DNA of 64,000 nt, taken from positions 73,641-137,640 of the forward strand of contig NIVC01000373.1 of the NCBI GenBank assembly GCA_002269645.1, written 5' to 3'. How positions within the stretch are numbered: the stretch's first letter is position 1; each line of letters opens with the position of its first letter. Positions 22,023 through 34,313 of this stretch are shown here, one piece after another. The position numbers and the translations under genes were made by a program. Source of the stretch: Macrostomum lignano (lineage: Eukaryota). The notes under the pieces were generated by a model. That model saw nothing but the letters and a program-made list of their open reading frames with translations. It ran no database searches and was not told the DNA's origin.

Positions 22023-25000
22023 TCAGGTCTTCTCTTCCTTAGCCAGCAGGTCCGCACCTGCGGCCCCAGCCTCCTCAGCTTCAACGGCTTCCAGTCTGCG
22101 GGAACGAATTGAAAAAAATGGACTATGATTTTAAACGAAATGTGTAGTAGGAGTGCAGTGAGTTGCGCTCACGGGCGTACCTGTTCGTGTTGATGAGGTC
22201 CTCGACCGAGTCGGGGATGGCGACGCCCCGGGTCTCCGGCACGGCGAAGGAAATCGCGGCGGCCAGGAAGGAGCTGCCGGCGAACACCGCGTAGGAGACG
22301 AGCGGCCCGAACTCGCCCGGGATGAAGTCGCGCTGAGGGCGGCGGATTGCCAAACATGTTTGCGATTTGCGACAGCCGCAACAGACTACTGACAACTGAC
22401 AGCGAGTAGTAGTGCAAGTGGGGCATGAACTCACAATATTGCCGAGCAGCGGAGCGAACAGAGTGCCGAACCGGGCGCACATGGAGCTGGTGGACAGGCC
22501 GGAGCTGCGCATGTTGGTGGCGTACAGCTCCCCGGTCCAGATGTAGATGATGGCGAAGGCGGTGGAGTTGAGCATCTTGCCCAACAGAGACAACGCGATG
22601 ACCAGCCAGGTGAGATCTGCAATGGCCACGCGGCTAGCAGTCAGATAAATTAAAAACAATGCAGGTGTTCGCCAGTGGCAGTGAGCTGTGGTGCTGCCCC
22701 CCCCCCGTGATTGTCAGGTCGCTGCTCAGGCAATTTAGGCAGGAACCAGCAGGGATTCTGGGGAACACCCGCCAGCAACACAGACAGCGGCCGCCTACCC
22801 TTGGCCAGGTGGTTGGCGATCGCGAGGCCGACCAGCGCCAGGCCGGAGCCTCCGATGGCCCCGATGAAGGTGGTCTTCCGGCCCAGGCGGTCCGCGGCCA
22901 GGTGCATGATCAGGTAGGACGGCAAATCCACGATGCCGATGAGGCAGGAGGTCACGAAGATGCTGCCCGGCAGGTTCTTGGCGCCCATTGAGATTCCGTA
23001 GTAGATTGCGGCCACCAGGAACCTGGGTGGGATTCCGGAGGCAGATGTTCTTGACATGGGGACTGAATCAGAGTCCCCTCTGCTCCGCTCCGACTCACCA
23101 GTCGATGCCGATGATGCCGTACCTCAGCAGCAGCCGGGGGCTCCTGGCCAGCAGCCCCAGCGACCGCCGCATCGAGTGCCGACCGTCCGACGCCGCTGTT
23201 TTGCCGTCGTCCTCCTCAGCGCCGCTGCCGCCGAGCAGCTCCTTGACGGCGGCGCTGGCCTGCTCGCCGGTTCGCCCGTTGTCCAGCAGCATCTGGCGGA
23301 CGATGCGGCCAGCGGCGCGTTTCCGGCCGCGCGACAGCAGCCAGCGCGGAGTCTCCGGCGCCATGCAGGGCAGGTGCACCAGCAGCAGCAGCGCGACGGT
23401 CGGCACCAGCGAGGCAATGGCATAGTTGCGCCAGGACCTGCGGAGCCGAGGGAGCAGCGGTTCAGTGCACTCTTGGGTGAACTGCTCAGCAGTGCAGTGT
23501 GGCTTGACAGGGCTTAAGGCAAATATTCATTGTTTAAGCAGTGACAGACCGCTTGCATTGCTGCTTGAGAAGCGAATTCTTTTGTCTGTTTTGATTTGTT
23601 TCACTAAAAGCAAAGCGCCAATGCCCATTGTTTTCCGTTGTTGCCATCTGTTTGCAGACGGCGGCTCAGCAACTACGAGAGGGATTCCCTATGGAAAAGA
23701 TTTATTTCGCGCCCGAATTCTTAATCAGTGAGCCCTCCTCCATGGCTTGATCAGTGAGCCCTCCCTTCCCCATAGCTTGATCAGTGAGTGAGCCCTCCCT
23801 CATGGCTTGATCAGTGAGCCCTCCCTTCCCCATAGCTTGATCAGTGAGTGAGCCCTCCCTCATGGCTTGATTAGTGAGCCCTCCCTTCCCCATGGCTTGA
23901 TCAGTGAGCCCTCCCTCATGGCTTGATCAGTGAGCCCTCCCTTCCCCATGGCTTGATCAGTGAGCCCTCACCCATGGCTTGATCAGTGAGCCCTCACCCA
24001 TGGCTTGATCAGTGAGCCCTCCCTTCCCCATGGCTTGATCAGTGAGCCCTCCCTTCCCCATGGCTTGATCAGTGAGCCCTCCCTTCCCCATGGCTTGATC
24101 AGTGAGCCCTCCCTTCCCCATGGCTTGATCAGTGAGCCCTCCCTTCCCCATGGCTTGATCAGTGAGCCCTCCCTTCCCCATGGCTTGATCAGTGAGCCCT
24201 CACCCATGGCTTGATCAGTGAGCCCTCCCTTCCCCATGGCTTGATCAGTGAGCCCTCCCCCATGGGCCCTTCCCCATGGCTTGATCAGTGAGCCCTCCCT
24301 TCCCCATGGCTTGATCAGTGAGCCCTCCCTTCCCCATGGCTTGATCAGTGAGCCCTCCCTTCCCCATGGCTTGATCAGTGAGCCCTCCCTTCCCCATGGC
24401 TTGATCAGTGAGCCCTCCCTTCCCCATGGCTTGATCAGTGAGCCCTCCCTTCCCCATGGCTTGATCAGTGAGCCCTCACCCATGGCTTGATCAGTGAGCC
24501 CTCCCTTCCCCATGGCTTGATCAGTGAGCCCTCCCTTCCCCATGGCTTGATCAGTGAGCCCTCCCTTCCCCATGGCTTGATCAGTGAGCCCTCCCTTCCC
24601 CATGGCTTGATCAGTGAGCCCTCCCTTCCCCATGGCTTGATCAGTGAGCCCTCCCTTCCCCATGGCTTGATCAGTGAGCCCTCCCTTCCCCATGGCTTGA
24701 TCAGTGAGCCCTCCCTTCCCCATGGCTTGATCAGTGAGCCCTCCCTTCCCCATGGCTTGATCAGTGAGCCCTCCCTTCCCCATGGCTTGATCAGTGAGCC
24801 CTCCCTTCCTCATGGCTTGATCAGTGAGCCCTCCCCCATGCAAGCTTAAGAGAAGGCTGGCTGGCTGCGTGCTCTGAACACTTGTGCTGTGCTGAGTCTG
24901 GAGTCCTGAGCCTCCCTGCTCAGAGCTGGTTCGAGTGGGACTTACAAATACTGCTAAAACTGCACAAATTGTTTCCAAGAGAACTGGGTCTCACCGGGTC

Positions 25001-27429
25001 AGGTAGGCCACCAGAGCCACAATGGCAGTGCCGACCGACCAGCCGTAGCCGAAAGCCGCAGTCACGTGGTGCCGCGCCCTGGACCCCACCAACTCGAGGA
25101 TCATGACGTACACGACGGTGGATGATGACAGCGCGCCCAAGCCGACGAAGAAGCGGACGGCGGCGGTGTAGGCGACGGAGACGGCGAACAGGCCGGCCAG
25201 CTGCGCCCCCGTCAGCAGCCACATCGTGACGATGAGGGTGACGCGCCGCCCCAGCCTGAGGATCGGGTCAGCAAGGCTTTGGATTGTCAACGTAGTCAGA
25301 AATTGAGGGCCGTGAAGCGGCTTATCAGCGTCGCCAAGGCGGCAAGGGCTGCTGAGCTCCTAGATAATTCTGTACTTTAAAAAATTGGCTCGCCAACGCG
25401 GTTGTCAGGAATGCGACTGGTGCGATTAGTGACATAAAAGGCTGCGCAAGTTGCGTAACGATAGGTAAAATTCTCTTAGATTGCTATGGCAACACGGATA
25501 TCTAATAAAACTGCACAAAAACCCCGCCCAGTGGGCGCCGGAGCCCGACACTTTCAGTTAAACAGAAGCCGGCCCAGAAACTCGAGAAGGGCCGGACTGA
25601 CTAAAGGCTTCAGTAAGCCCCAGAAACTCGGGAAGGGCCGGACTGACTAAAGGCTTCAGTAAGCCCCAGAAACTCGGGAAGGGCCGGACTGACTAAAGGC
25701 TTCAGTAAGCCCCAGAAACTCGGGAAGGGCCGGACTGACTAAAGGCTTCAGTAAGCCTCGGACTTGAAGGGGCCAGCGGGTCGGCTCTCACCAGTCAGCC
25801 AGGAGGCCGGACAGCACGATTCCCACCAGGATGCCGGCGAAGCTGCAGGTTGAGATGACGGTTGCCCAGTGGCTGTTGTCGCAGACCAGGCCGAGCTGAA
25901 AATGATATAAAAAGAACGCAAAATTAGGACTTGAGGACACACACAGGCTCCAATTTTCCAGCTCTCGTGCGCTCTCTCGAGCATTGCTGCACGGCTGCTG
26001 AACTGGAGGCACCGCCAGGATTGCAGACACCTCAAGCCTCTGCCGGACTCACCTCGGTGACCAGCGTGCTGTCGAACTCTTCCGTGTCGAAGACCCAGTC
26101 TGAGCAGGCCTGGAGGCTGTCGTTGACTCGAATGAAGCAGCGATGCTGTCGCAGATTCGTGTCGTTTGCGTCCAGCTCCGGCTGGAACTGCAGGATGCTG
26201 GCGTTGTGCTCGGAGCTCTGCGCCAGCAGGCTGTCGTTGGCGTGCCAGCCGGAGTCCTCGGGCAGGCGGCACCTGCGAAGCAGGGAGGATGAGCGATATT
26301 TTAAATCCAAGACCGACAGTCTAATCTGAGACCGACAGTCTAAATCCGAGACCGACAGTCTAAATCCGAGACCGACAGTCTAAATCTGAGACCGACAGTC
26401 TAAATCTGAGACCGACAGTCTAAATCTGAGACCGACAGTCTAAATCTGAGACCGACAGTCTTAATCTGAGACCGACAGTCTAAATCTGAGACCGACAGTC
26501 TAAATCTGAGACCGACAGTCTAAATCTGAGACCGACAGTCTAAATCTGAGACCGACAGTCTAAATCTGAAACCGACAGTCTAAATCTGAGACCGACAGTC
26601 TAAATAGACCGACAGTCTAAATCTGAGACCGACAGTCTAAATCTGAGACCGACAGTCTAAATCTGAGACCGACAGTCTAAATCTGAGACCGACAGTCTAA
26701 ATCTGAGACCGACAGTCTAAATCTGAGACCGACAGTCTAAATCTGAGACCGACAGTCTAAATCTGAGACCGACAGTCTAAGTCTGAGACCGACAGTCTAA
26801 GTCTGAGACCGACAGTCTTAATCTGAGACCGACAGTCTAAATCTGAGACCGACAGTCTAAATCTGAGACCGACAGTCTAAATCTGAGACCGACAGTCTAA
26901 ATCTGAGACCGACAGTCTAATCTGAGACCGACAGTCTAAATCTGAGACCGACAGTCTACATGTAAATCTGAGACCGACAGTCTAAGTCTGAGACCGACAG
27001 TCTAAATCTGAGACCGAAACCAAGAGGTTACTAAAAATGCTTAGTTAACTTGCGAAGGGCTCAGGGTGCTGGGTGAGCAGTGGTGCACAATGCTACTGAC
27101 ATCTAAGCAAGCACTCGCACACGGATGCGTACGCCGGCACAGGCTCACACAGGGTAAACTTGCTGTGCAATTGAAGGTCGGCTCTCAAGAACCGCACGAC
27201 AAGCTGCAGGCCAAGTTTTGCGCGCATCTCGCTGCGACCCCCCCTTCCCTAAGCGACAAAGCCGACCCTGAGGCGCAACTCAGCCTGACCTGAACTGCGG
27301 CGGGTCGTACAGCACGTAGATGGGAGCCAGGATGTGGAAGGCGGCCAGCAGCGAGATGAGCACCGCAACGGCGGTCACCTTCAGCTGGAAGCGGCCGAAG
27401 TGGCTGTTCTGCTGAAACACTCGCTCCAT
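22023..27429 (-). CDS. SLC22-family (organic cation/anion) MFS transporter, copy A; exons 27429..27290, 26272..26053, 25895..25792, 25255..24995, 23437..23099, 23022..22799, 22616..22435, 22332..22181, 22095..22023
   Basis: FGRFQ N-terminus, large Cys-containing loop ending STLVTE-LGLVC, LADWLGRR, ELVGSRAR, PETPRWL, DRLGRK, IWTGELYATNMRS, VPETRG; all junctions GT/AG and in phase. Confidence 0.9.
23724..24840. repeat. 30-bp minisatellite AGTGAGCCCTCCCTTCCCCATGGCTTGATC in SLC22-A intron 4
   Basis: About 37 units. Confidence 0.97.
25573..25757. repeat. 46-bp minisatellite in SLC22-A intron 3
   Basis: CCCAGAAACTCGGGAAGGGCCGGACTGACTAAAGGCTTCAGTAAGC x4. Confidence 0.93.
26309..27017. repeat. 20-bp minisatellite GAGACCGACAGTCTAAATCT in SLC22-A intron 1
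   Basis: About 35 units. Confidence 0.97.
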
Positions 27430-28641
27430 GGCCAGCGAAGGCGATCAGGGGGCTTAGAGGGCGAGGCAGAGAAGAGAAACGAAAGAAAAAAGCGAAATAG
27501 CAGCCAGCCGCACTACTTATGCGATGAAAGGCCGGCATTGTTCGCCACCGGCTTTTCTCTGTCCCGCCGCCCAAACCCGCAGACAGCAGCAGGCTCGGTG
27601 ATGCCAAACCCAAGTGCTACAATTTTACCATTGTGAGGCCGTCTCTCCTGTCGCGCTCTGCATTCTCTCCAGGGCCCGCTGCGTCACCCTCCCCATCACA
27701 TCTACCCAGCCTCCTAGCAGATCTTGCAGCATGCGTTGGCTCCAATCCTGACTTTCCTCCGGACCATTTCTCAGTCTCAGCCCTCTGTCCCCTCCCTGAC
27801 TGTCTCCAGGAGATCCTTCTCGTCCCTCAGCGCAATCGGCCGAGGCCTTGTCGTGCGATTCGCACCCTTGGGGGCCAACCCGAAGGCACAGAGAGTGTAC
27901 ATGTCGCACACAATTAGAAGGTCAGGGCCGCTGCGCACGCCTATCCGCGCGCTTGTGTGCTCATGCCGGTCAGCGCAGTCGGCAGAACTGCCTTAGCGCT
28001 GGTTGCGGGATGATGGCGCCGAAATCGCTGCAAAATTACTAGAATTCTCTGTTCCCAGCCATAAAGCCAAGTTGAAAAGCAGTCAAGCAGGTGGTGCAGC
28101 CCTGCGTTTGCTGTGGGTCAGCCGTGCCGGCGCCACTTTGGACATTGTGGCGCTTTATTGTTGATGGTGGCCACGTCACGGGGCGGTGCACTTAAAAACT
28201 CTCAACAGGCAAGAGAACTCGGGCTGTTCTCAAGCCGAGCGTGCGGGCGCCTCATCTGCACTCGTCGTATCCACCTTTTCTCTTTCCTCTCTTTAGTTTA
28301 AGCGGGCAGCTTACAAGGCAAGTCTACTCGCAAATGAAGCCGCTCGCACCTGAATAATGTTAGCCTCAGCTGCAATCGTGTAACAAGTGCGCGTCGGTAG
28401 TGAGTCCAAATAGACATTGTTCTGCTTTGATCTTTTTAATTGGAGCATGAGAATTTTCAAGCTTGATTTTGCAATCAGGAGCGGCTCCATGCAAGGGGCC
28501 GATTTAACTGCGAGGGCCGACAGTCAATCAGCTGGGCCTGAAAACAGGTATTCCGGTATTTCTGCCTGTAGAAGATCAGAACCAAGAACGAATTAACAGC
28601 ACAGAACGTTGTACACTAGCAAAGGATGGCACAGATACGTT

Positions 28642-29434
28642 CTTTAATCTCTGCCTCGCGCTGGCTGACTCGGCGGGGGCCGCATGTGATTGGCTGGCAT
28701 CAATGGGCCCCCTCTTATCTGTCCTTAATCTCTGCCTCGCGCTGGCTGACTCGGCGGGGGCCGCATGTGATTGGCTGGCATCAATGGGCCCCCTCTCCTT
28801 ATCTGTCCTTAATCTCTGCCTCGCGCTGGCTGACTCGGCGGGGGCCGCATGTGATTGGCTGGGCTACCGGACATTTGCCCTCCGGCATTTGCCCTCCGGA
28901 CATTTGCCCTCCGGCATTTCCCCTCCGGACATTTGCCCTCCGGACGTTTGCCCTCCGGACATTTGCCCTCGGGGACATTTGCCCTCGGGGACATTTCCCC
29001 TCCGGACATTTGCCCTCCGGACATTTCCCCTCTGGAAAAGTACAGGTAAGGCTGGGGATAGGGTAGGGCGCGGGTATATATTGCTTACTAGAAAAGGATG
29101 AGTTGTTGGCTGGAGAAGAACCTGATGGATGTAAGAGGCGGGAGGATGAGGTTGGTGCTGGAGGAACGACGGGTGGGTACAGGAGGAGGTGAGGTGAGTA
29201 ATGTGCGAGGGGGTAAATTTGCAGAGGGCAAATGTGCGGAGGGGAAATGTCCGGAGGGCAAATGTCCGGAGGGCAAATGTCCGGAGGGCAAATGTCCGGA
29301 GGGGAAATGTCCCGGAGGGCAAATGTCCGGAGGGCAAACGCCGCCGAGGGGAAGTGCCGGAGGGCAAGTGCCGGAGGGGAAGTGCCGGAGGGCAAATGTC
29401 CGGAAGCGGATTGGCTGGCATCAATGGGCCCCCT
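28642..29434. repeat. ~85-bp tandem repeat (3 units), third unit split by a foldback element
   Basis: TTAATCTCTGCCTCGCGCTGGCTGACTCGGCGGGGGCCGCATGTGATTGGCTGGCATCAATGGGCCCC recurs; the third copy resumes at 29409. Confidence 0.85.
28862..29408. mobile_element. Non-autonomous foldback/Mutator-like element (547 bp) with modular TIRs and 9-bp TSD
   Basis: TSD GATTGGCTG at 28853..28861 and 29409..29417; ends GGCTACCGGACATTTGCCC / GGGCAAATGTCCGGAAGCG (17/19 complementary); arms built of CGGACATTTGCCCTC-type units. Confidence 0.8.
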
Positions 29435-29924
29435 CAACTACAAGTGCGCCATCTTTCGGAGTTACAAGCGCCATCCGGTATGAGAAGACTCAAAAGAATT
29501 TAAACACTTTAACAACCAATTCAACAGAGTTCTGGGTCGGCACCAGAGCCTCTAGACAGCACAATACGTAACCAATTCTGTAATTTTATCGCGGATCATA
29601 CACTAACACGGAGGCACTGGATAGCAATGGATAGCAAAGCAGAAGTCAGAGGAACACAAGAAAGAAGCTGCACAATGGGGTGCAGTAAAAAGTTACAAGA
29701 GAAATTGAGCAACACAAGAAGACGCATTGGAGCCCGACTGAGTTCCCTCGGTCCGAGTTTCGAGTCCGCCGCCTGTCAGTCAGGCCTCCTCCGCCTTGGC
29801 CTTCGCCAGTAGCTGCCGGCCAGCGGCCTCCGCCACCCTGATCTCGTCCGTCTTCGGACTGCGGGGATATGCGGGGATATGCGGGGATAGAAAACCATTG
29901 GCATTAATGACGGCTTCCAATGCC

Positions 29925-30188
29925 CAACCTGCAACCTGCAACCTGCAACCTGCAATCTGCAACCTGCAATCTGCAACCTGCAATCTGCAACCTGCAACCT
30001 GCAACTTGCAACCTGCAACCTGCAACCTGCAACCTGCAACCTGCAACCTGCAACCTGCAACCTGCAACCTGCAACCTGCAACCTGCAACCTGCAACCTGC
30101 AACCTGCAACCTGCAACCTGCAAACTGCAACCTGCAACCTGCAATCTACAACCTGCAGCCTGCAACCTACAACCTGCAACCTGCAACC
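29925..30188. repeat. 7-bp repeat (CAACCTG)n
   Basis: About 37 units in the last intron of SLC22-B. Confidence 0.97.
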
Positions 30189-30864
30189 TAATCTGCAATA
30201 TTTTAGACTGAATCAGAGCTGCCACCAGGAAACCTTCAGACCTGCTCTACTCGCATTCGGAAACCAAGGACCACTAGAAGTTGCTGAGATGGGAATCTGA
30301 AACTGCGAAGACTAACTGTCGGATATGAACTCATTGTGGAGAGAGGCCGCCATCTACAGTTCAGGTACCAGTATACAGCGGTAACTGCTGGTAGTCCTTG
30401 TCTGACACCAGGGCACCAAAACTCCCATCGTAGGCCACGTTTGGCCCCATTGAGGGACCTCGCTGGGCCTCACCAGTCGAAGCAGACGATGCCGTACCGC
30501 AGCAGCAGCCGGAGGCTCCTGGCCAGCAGCCCCAGCGACCGCCGCATCGAGTGCCGACCGTCCGACGCCGTCGTTTTTCCGTCGTCCTTCTCGTCACCAC
30601 TGTCGCCGAGCAACTCCTTGACGGCGGCTCTGGCCTGCTCGCCGGTTCGCCCGTTGTCCAGCAGCATCTGGTGGACGATGCGGCCGGCGGCGCGTTTCCG
30701 GCCGCGCGACAGCAGCCAGCGCGGAGTCTCCGGCGCCATGCAGGGCAGGTGCACCAGCAGCAGCAGCGCGACGGTCGGCACCAGCGAGGCGATGGCATAG
30801 TTGCGCCAGGACCTGCGGAGCCGAGGGAGCAGCGGGTCTTTGATCAACGGTTTATGGGTCACTG

Positions 30865-30999
30865 GGTCAGCAGGGGTCACCAACTGGCAATGACAGGACA
30901 GTCACCTGGTCAGCAGGGGTCACCAACAAGCAATGGCAGGACAGTCACCTGGTCAGCAGGGGTCACCATCTGGCAATGACAGGACAGTCACCTGGTCAG
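30865..30999. repeat. ~43-44-bp repeat x3 containing the exon 4 donor of SLC22-B
   Basis: On the minus strand each unit carries CTGACCAG|GTGACTGTCC. Confidence 0.85.
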
Positions 31000-31332
31000 G
31001 TAGGCCATCAGCGCGACCGCCGCGGTGCCGAGTGACCAGCTGTAGCCGAACACCGCAGCCACATGGTGCCGCGCCTTCGGTCCAACGAACTCGAAGATCA
31101 TGACGTACGCCACCGAATACGATGACAGCGCGCCCAGGCCGATCAGGAAGCGGACGGCGGCGGTGAAGGTGACGGAGACGGCGAACAGGCCGGCCAGCTG
31201 CGCCGCGACCAGCACCCAAATGGTGACGATGAGGCTGACCCGCCTGCCCAGCCTGCCAGGTGGTCAGGAGGGTTCGGTTTGCGTTGGACGGGTTTTGGAG
31301 CCGCGCCGAGTGATGATGCTGTCCGTGAGGCT

Positions 31333-31822
31333 TCAGGTCTCAGTCTCAAGGGTCAGGTCTCAGTCTCAGGAGTCAGGTCTCAGTCTCAAGGGTCAGGTCT
31401 CAGTCTCAGGGGTCAGGTCTCAGTCTCAGGAGTCAGGTCTCAGTCTCAGGGGTCAGGTCTCAGTCTCAGGAGTCAGGTCTCAGTCTCAGGGGTCAGGTCT
31501 CAGTCTCAGGGGTCAGGTCTCAGTCTCAGGGGTCAGGTCACAGTCTCAGGGGTCAGGTCTCAGTCTCAGGGGTCAGGTCTCAGTCTCAAGGGTCAGGTCT
31601 CAGTCTCAGGAGTCAGGTCTCAGTCTCAGGGGTCAGGTCTCAGTCTCAGGGGTCAGGTCTCAGTCTCAGGGGTCAGGTCTTAGTCTCAGGGGTCAGGTCT
31701 CAGTCTCAGGGGTCAGGTCTCAGTCTCAGGGGTCAGGTCTTAGTCTCAGGGGTCAGGTCTCAGTCTCAGGGGTCAGGTCTCAGTCTCAGGGGTCAGGTCT
31801 CAGTCTCAGGGGTCAGGTCTCA
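31333..31822. repeat. 20-bp minisatellite GGTCTCAGTCTCAGGGGTCA in SLC22-B intron 3
   Basis: About 24 units abutting the donor at 31823. Confidence 0.97.
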
Positions 31823-32840
31823 CCAGTCAGCCAAGAAACCGGACAGCATGATTCCCCCCAGGATGCCGGCGAAGCTGCAGGTTGCGATGACGGTTGCCCA
31901 GTGGCGCTTCCGGCAGACAAGGCCGAGCTGCAGGGATTCAGGGCAGCAAGAAGGTGAAACAAGACTGCTCAAAGGCTTGAGTTGTCAAGGCTCACGTGAG
32001 AAAATGCTGTGATTTTAAGGCCCTAGGGAATAGCTGAAATGCTGTGGCTCATGGGGTTGATTTAAAGCTCAAAGGGGATCTGATATCATAGGCTAGCTCG
32101 TAAACAGCTGGCTTTCAGGGGATGCTTTTTGCTTTTAAATATAAATTTTCAGTATAATGGATTTTCCTTAAGAGATAAACTCCAGTGCAGAACCGGCGCA
32201 GGCCGCTACCGGACTCACCTCGGTGACCAGCGTGCTGTCGAACTCTTCCGTGTCGAAGACTCAGTCTGAGCAGGCCTGGAGGCTGTCGTTGACTCGGATG
32301 AAGCAGCGATGCTGTCGCAGGTTCGTGTCGTTTGCGTCCAGCTCCGGCTGGAACTGCAGGATGCTGGCGTTGTGCTCGGAGCTCTGCGCCAGCAGGCTGT
32401 CGTTGGCGTGCCAGCCGGAGTCCTCGGGCAGGCGGCACCTGGGATGCGGGAAAGGATCACGGAGTTGCAGAGTGAGCACTTAACACAAGGACAACTAAAG
32501 CAACGTACGCTCGTATATACAGGACGCGACACTCGAAATCTATGGAAAATGTTTTGAGATTTTGGGGAGAAACTATCAGTGAGCACTTGTAGGAAGTACT
32601 GTGAGGCTTACGAGGCTCATAATCTCAGTTGAGTTTCATATTAGTATCCCAAACTGCCGTCACAGTCTATCTCTGAGCAAGTGCTCCTCTGTCTGTTTGT
32701 CTCTCTTACCCATAATGCTGTAGATGTGGCATGTATAGTAAACTTAATTACATCCGAAATTAACTTGAGAGCCCCAGCTCTACATATAGATTTACGACTA
32801 CTTAGAATTTTATATAAATGGTGAATTTCCTTGTCTACAC

Positions 32841-33303
32841 AGAACTTGTTTACTCTACATATCGGCAACTTGACCCCAGTGAACTTGTTTACTCTACATA
32901 TCGGCAACTTGACCCCAGTGAACTTGTTTACTCTACATATCGGCAACTTGACCCCACAGAACTTGTTTACTCTACATATCGGCAACTTGACCCCAGTGAA
33001 CTTGTTTACTCTACATATCGGCAACTTGACCCCACAGAACTTGTTTACTCTACATATCGGCAACTTGACCCCAGTGAACTTGTTTACTCTACATATCGGC
33101 AACTTGACCCCAGTGAACTTGTTTACTCTACATATCGGCAACTTGACCCCAGTGAACTTGTTTACTCTACATATCGGCAACTTGACCCCAGTGAACTTGT
33201 TTACTCTACATATCGGCAACTTGACCCCAGTGAACTTGTTTACTCTACATATCGGCAACATGACTCCACAGAATTTGTTTACTCTACATATCGGCAACCT
33301 GAC
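32841..33303. repeat. 39-bp minisatellite GAACTTGTTTACTCTACATATCGGCAACTTGACCCCAGT
   Basis: About 12 units in SLC22-B intron 1. Confidence 0.96.
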
Positions 33304-34313
33304 TCTGTTGTAATTGATGCTTCAACTTGTGGATCAATCTTATGAGCAAACATAGATTAAAAGAAAAAACCGAATTTTGATGCGCTCTACTACTAAAAGC
33401 ATTGTGTGTGGGTGTAGAGATCACGAACCAGTTTGATTCAGTCATAAATGCGTCTGTAGACACGGTGGCAAAATGACCCGCTCCCCGGCCAATCTACACA
33501 GAATTGCAGGAGTCTGTCTGCACTTTCCTCGACAGAGAACAAGCTGGTACTCCAGCCAGCCTTTCTGCCACAGAGAAATGAAACTGTAAGCTCAGTGGCG
33601 TAGCATAATAAGTACTCAGAGCCGAACTACTCAAATGGCAGGAAAAGTTTTGCTCTCTGCAGCTGGGCATTGTGCCGCCACCGGCTGGCAGCCCCCGGCC
33701 CCACCGTCCACCGCGCCGCTTAGTTTTGCGTCTTTGAGCTGGAGGGAATTCCCCGGATGGATGTGAAGGTAGGCAATGGATGTTGGAAGGAAATTTCCAT
33801 AGTATTCAAGGGGTTTCGCTGCACTTGCGCGCTCAGCACAGCTTCATGCCGCCACCTGTTGCTGCAGTGCCCCTCATCCAAATAGTTGAAAACTGCGTGA
33901 CGGCCCGTCACGAATGAATTAACTGATTTTGACCTTCAGAGCGTTCTTAGAGTGCATGCTCCCCACGAGCAGTTGAAAGGATTAAAGTTGCTTTGTGCAT
34001 AGAGCAGTCCATTCACACAGCTGCACCAAGGACTTCTTTGATAAATTTTTATCCTACGTAATGCCCTGTGTACAAAGCGCGATAAAAAGATTCATAAAAT
34101 GAGGGAGGGAGTCAAACTGTGTAATTTTAATGATTTTTAGTCACAGGACATGGAATTGAAGTAAGATGTTAAAGCAACATAGAATCCTACCAATCTCAAA
34201 TATAGTTCTTGAGTTGCATAAGCAGCAGGTGTTAGCGCCTAATTATGCATGCAGTTTGAGCACAGCCAGTGCTCAGTAGCGGCTCACCTGTGCGGCGGGT
34301 CGTAGAGCACATA

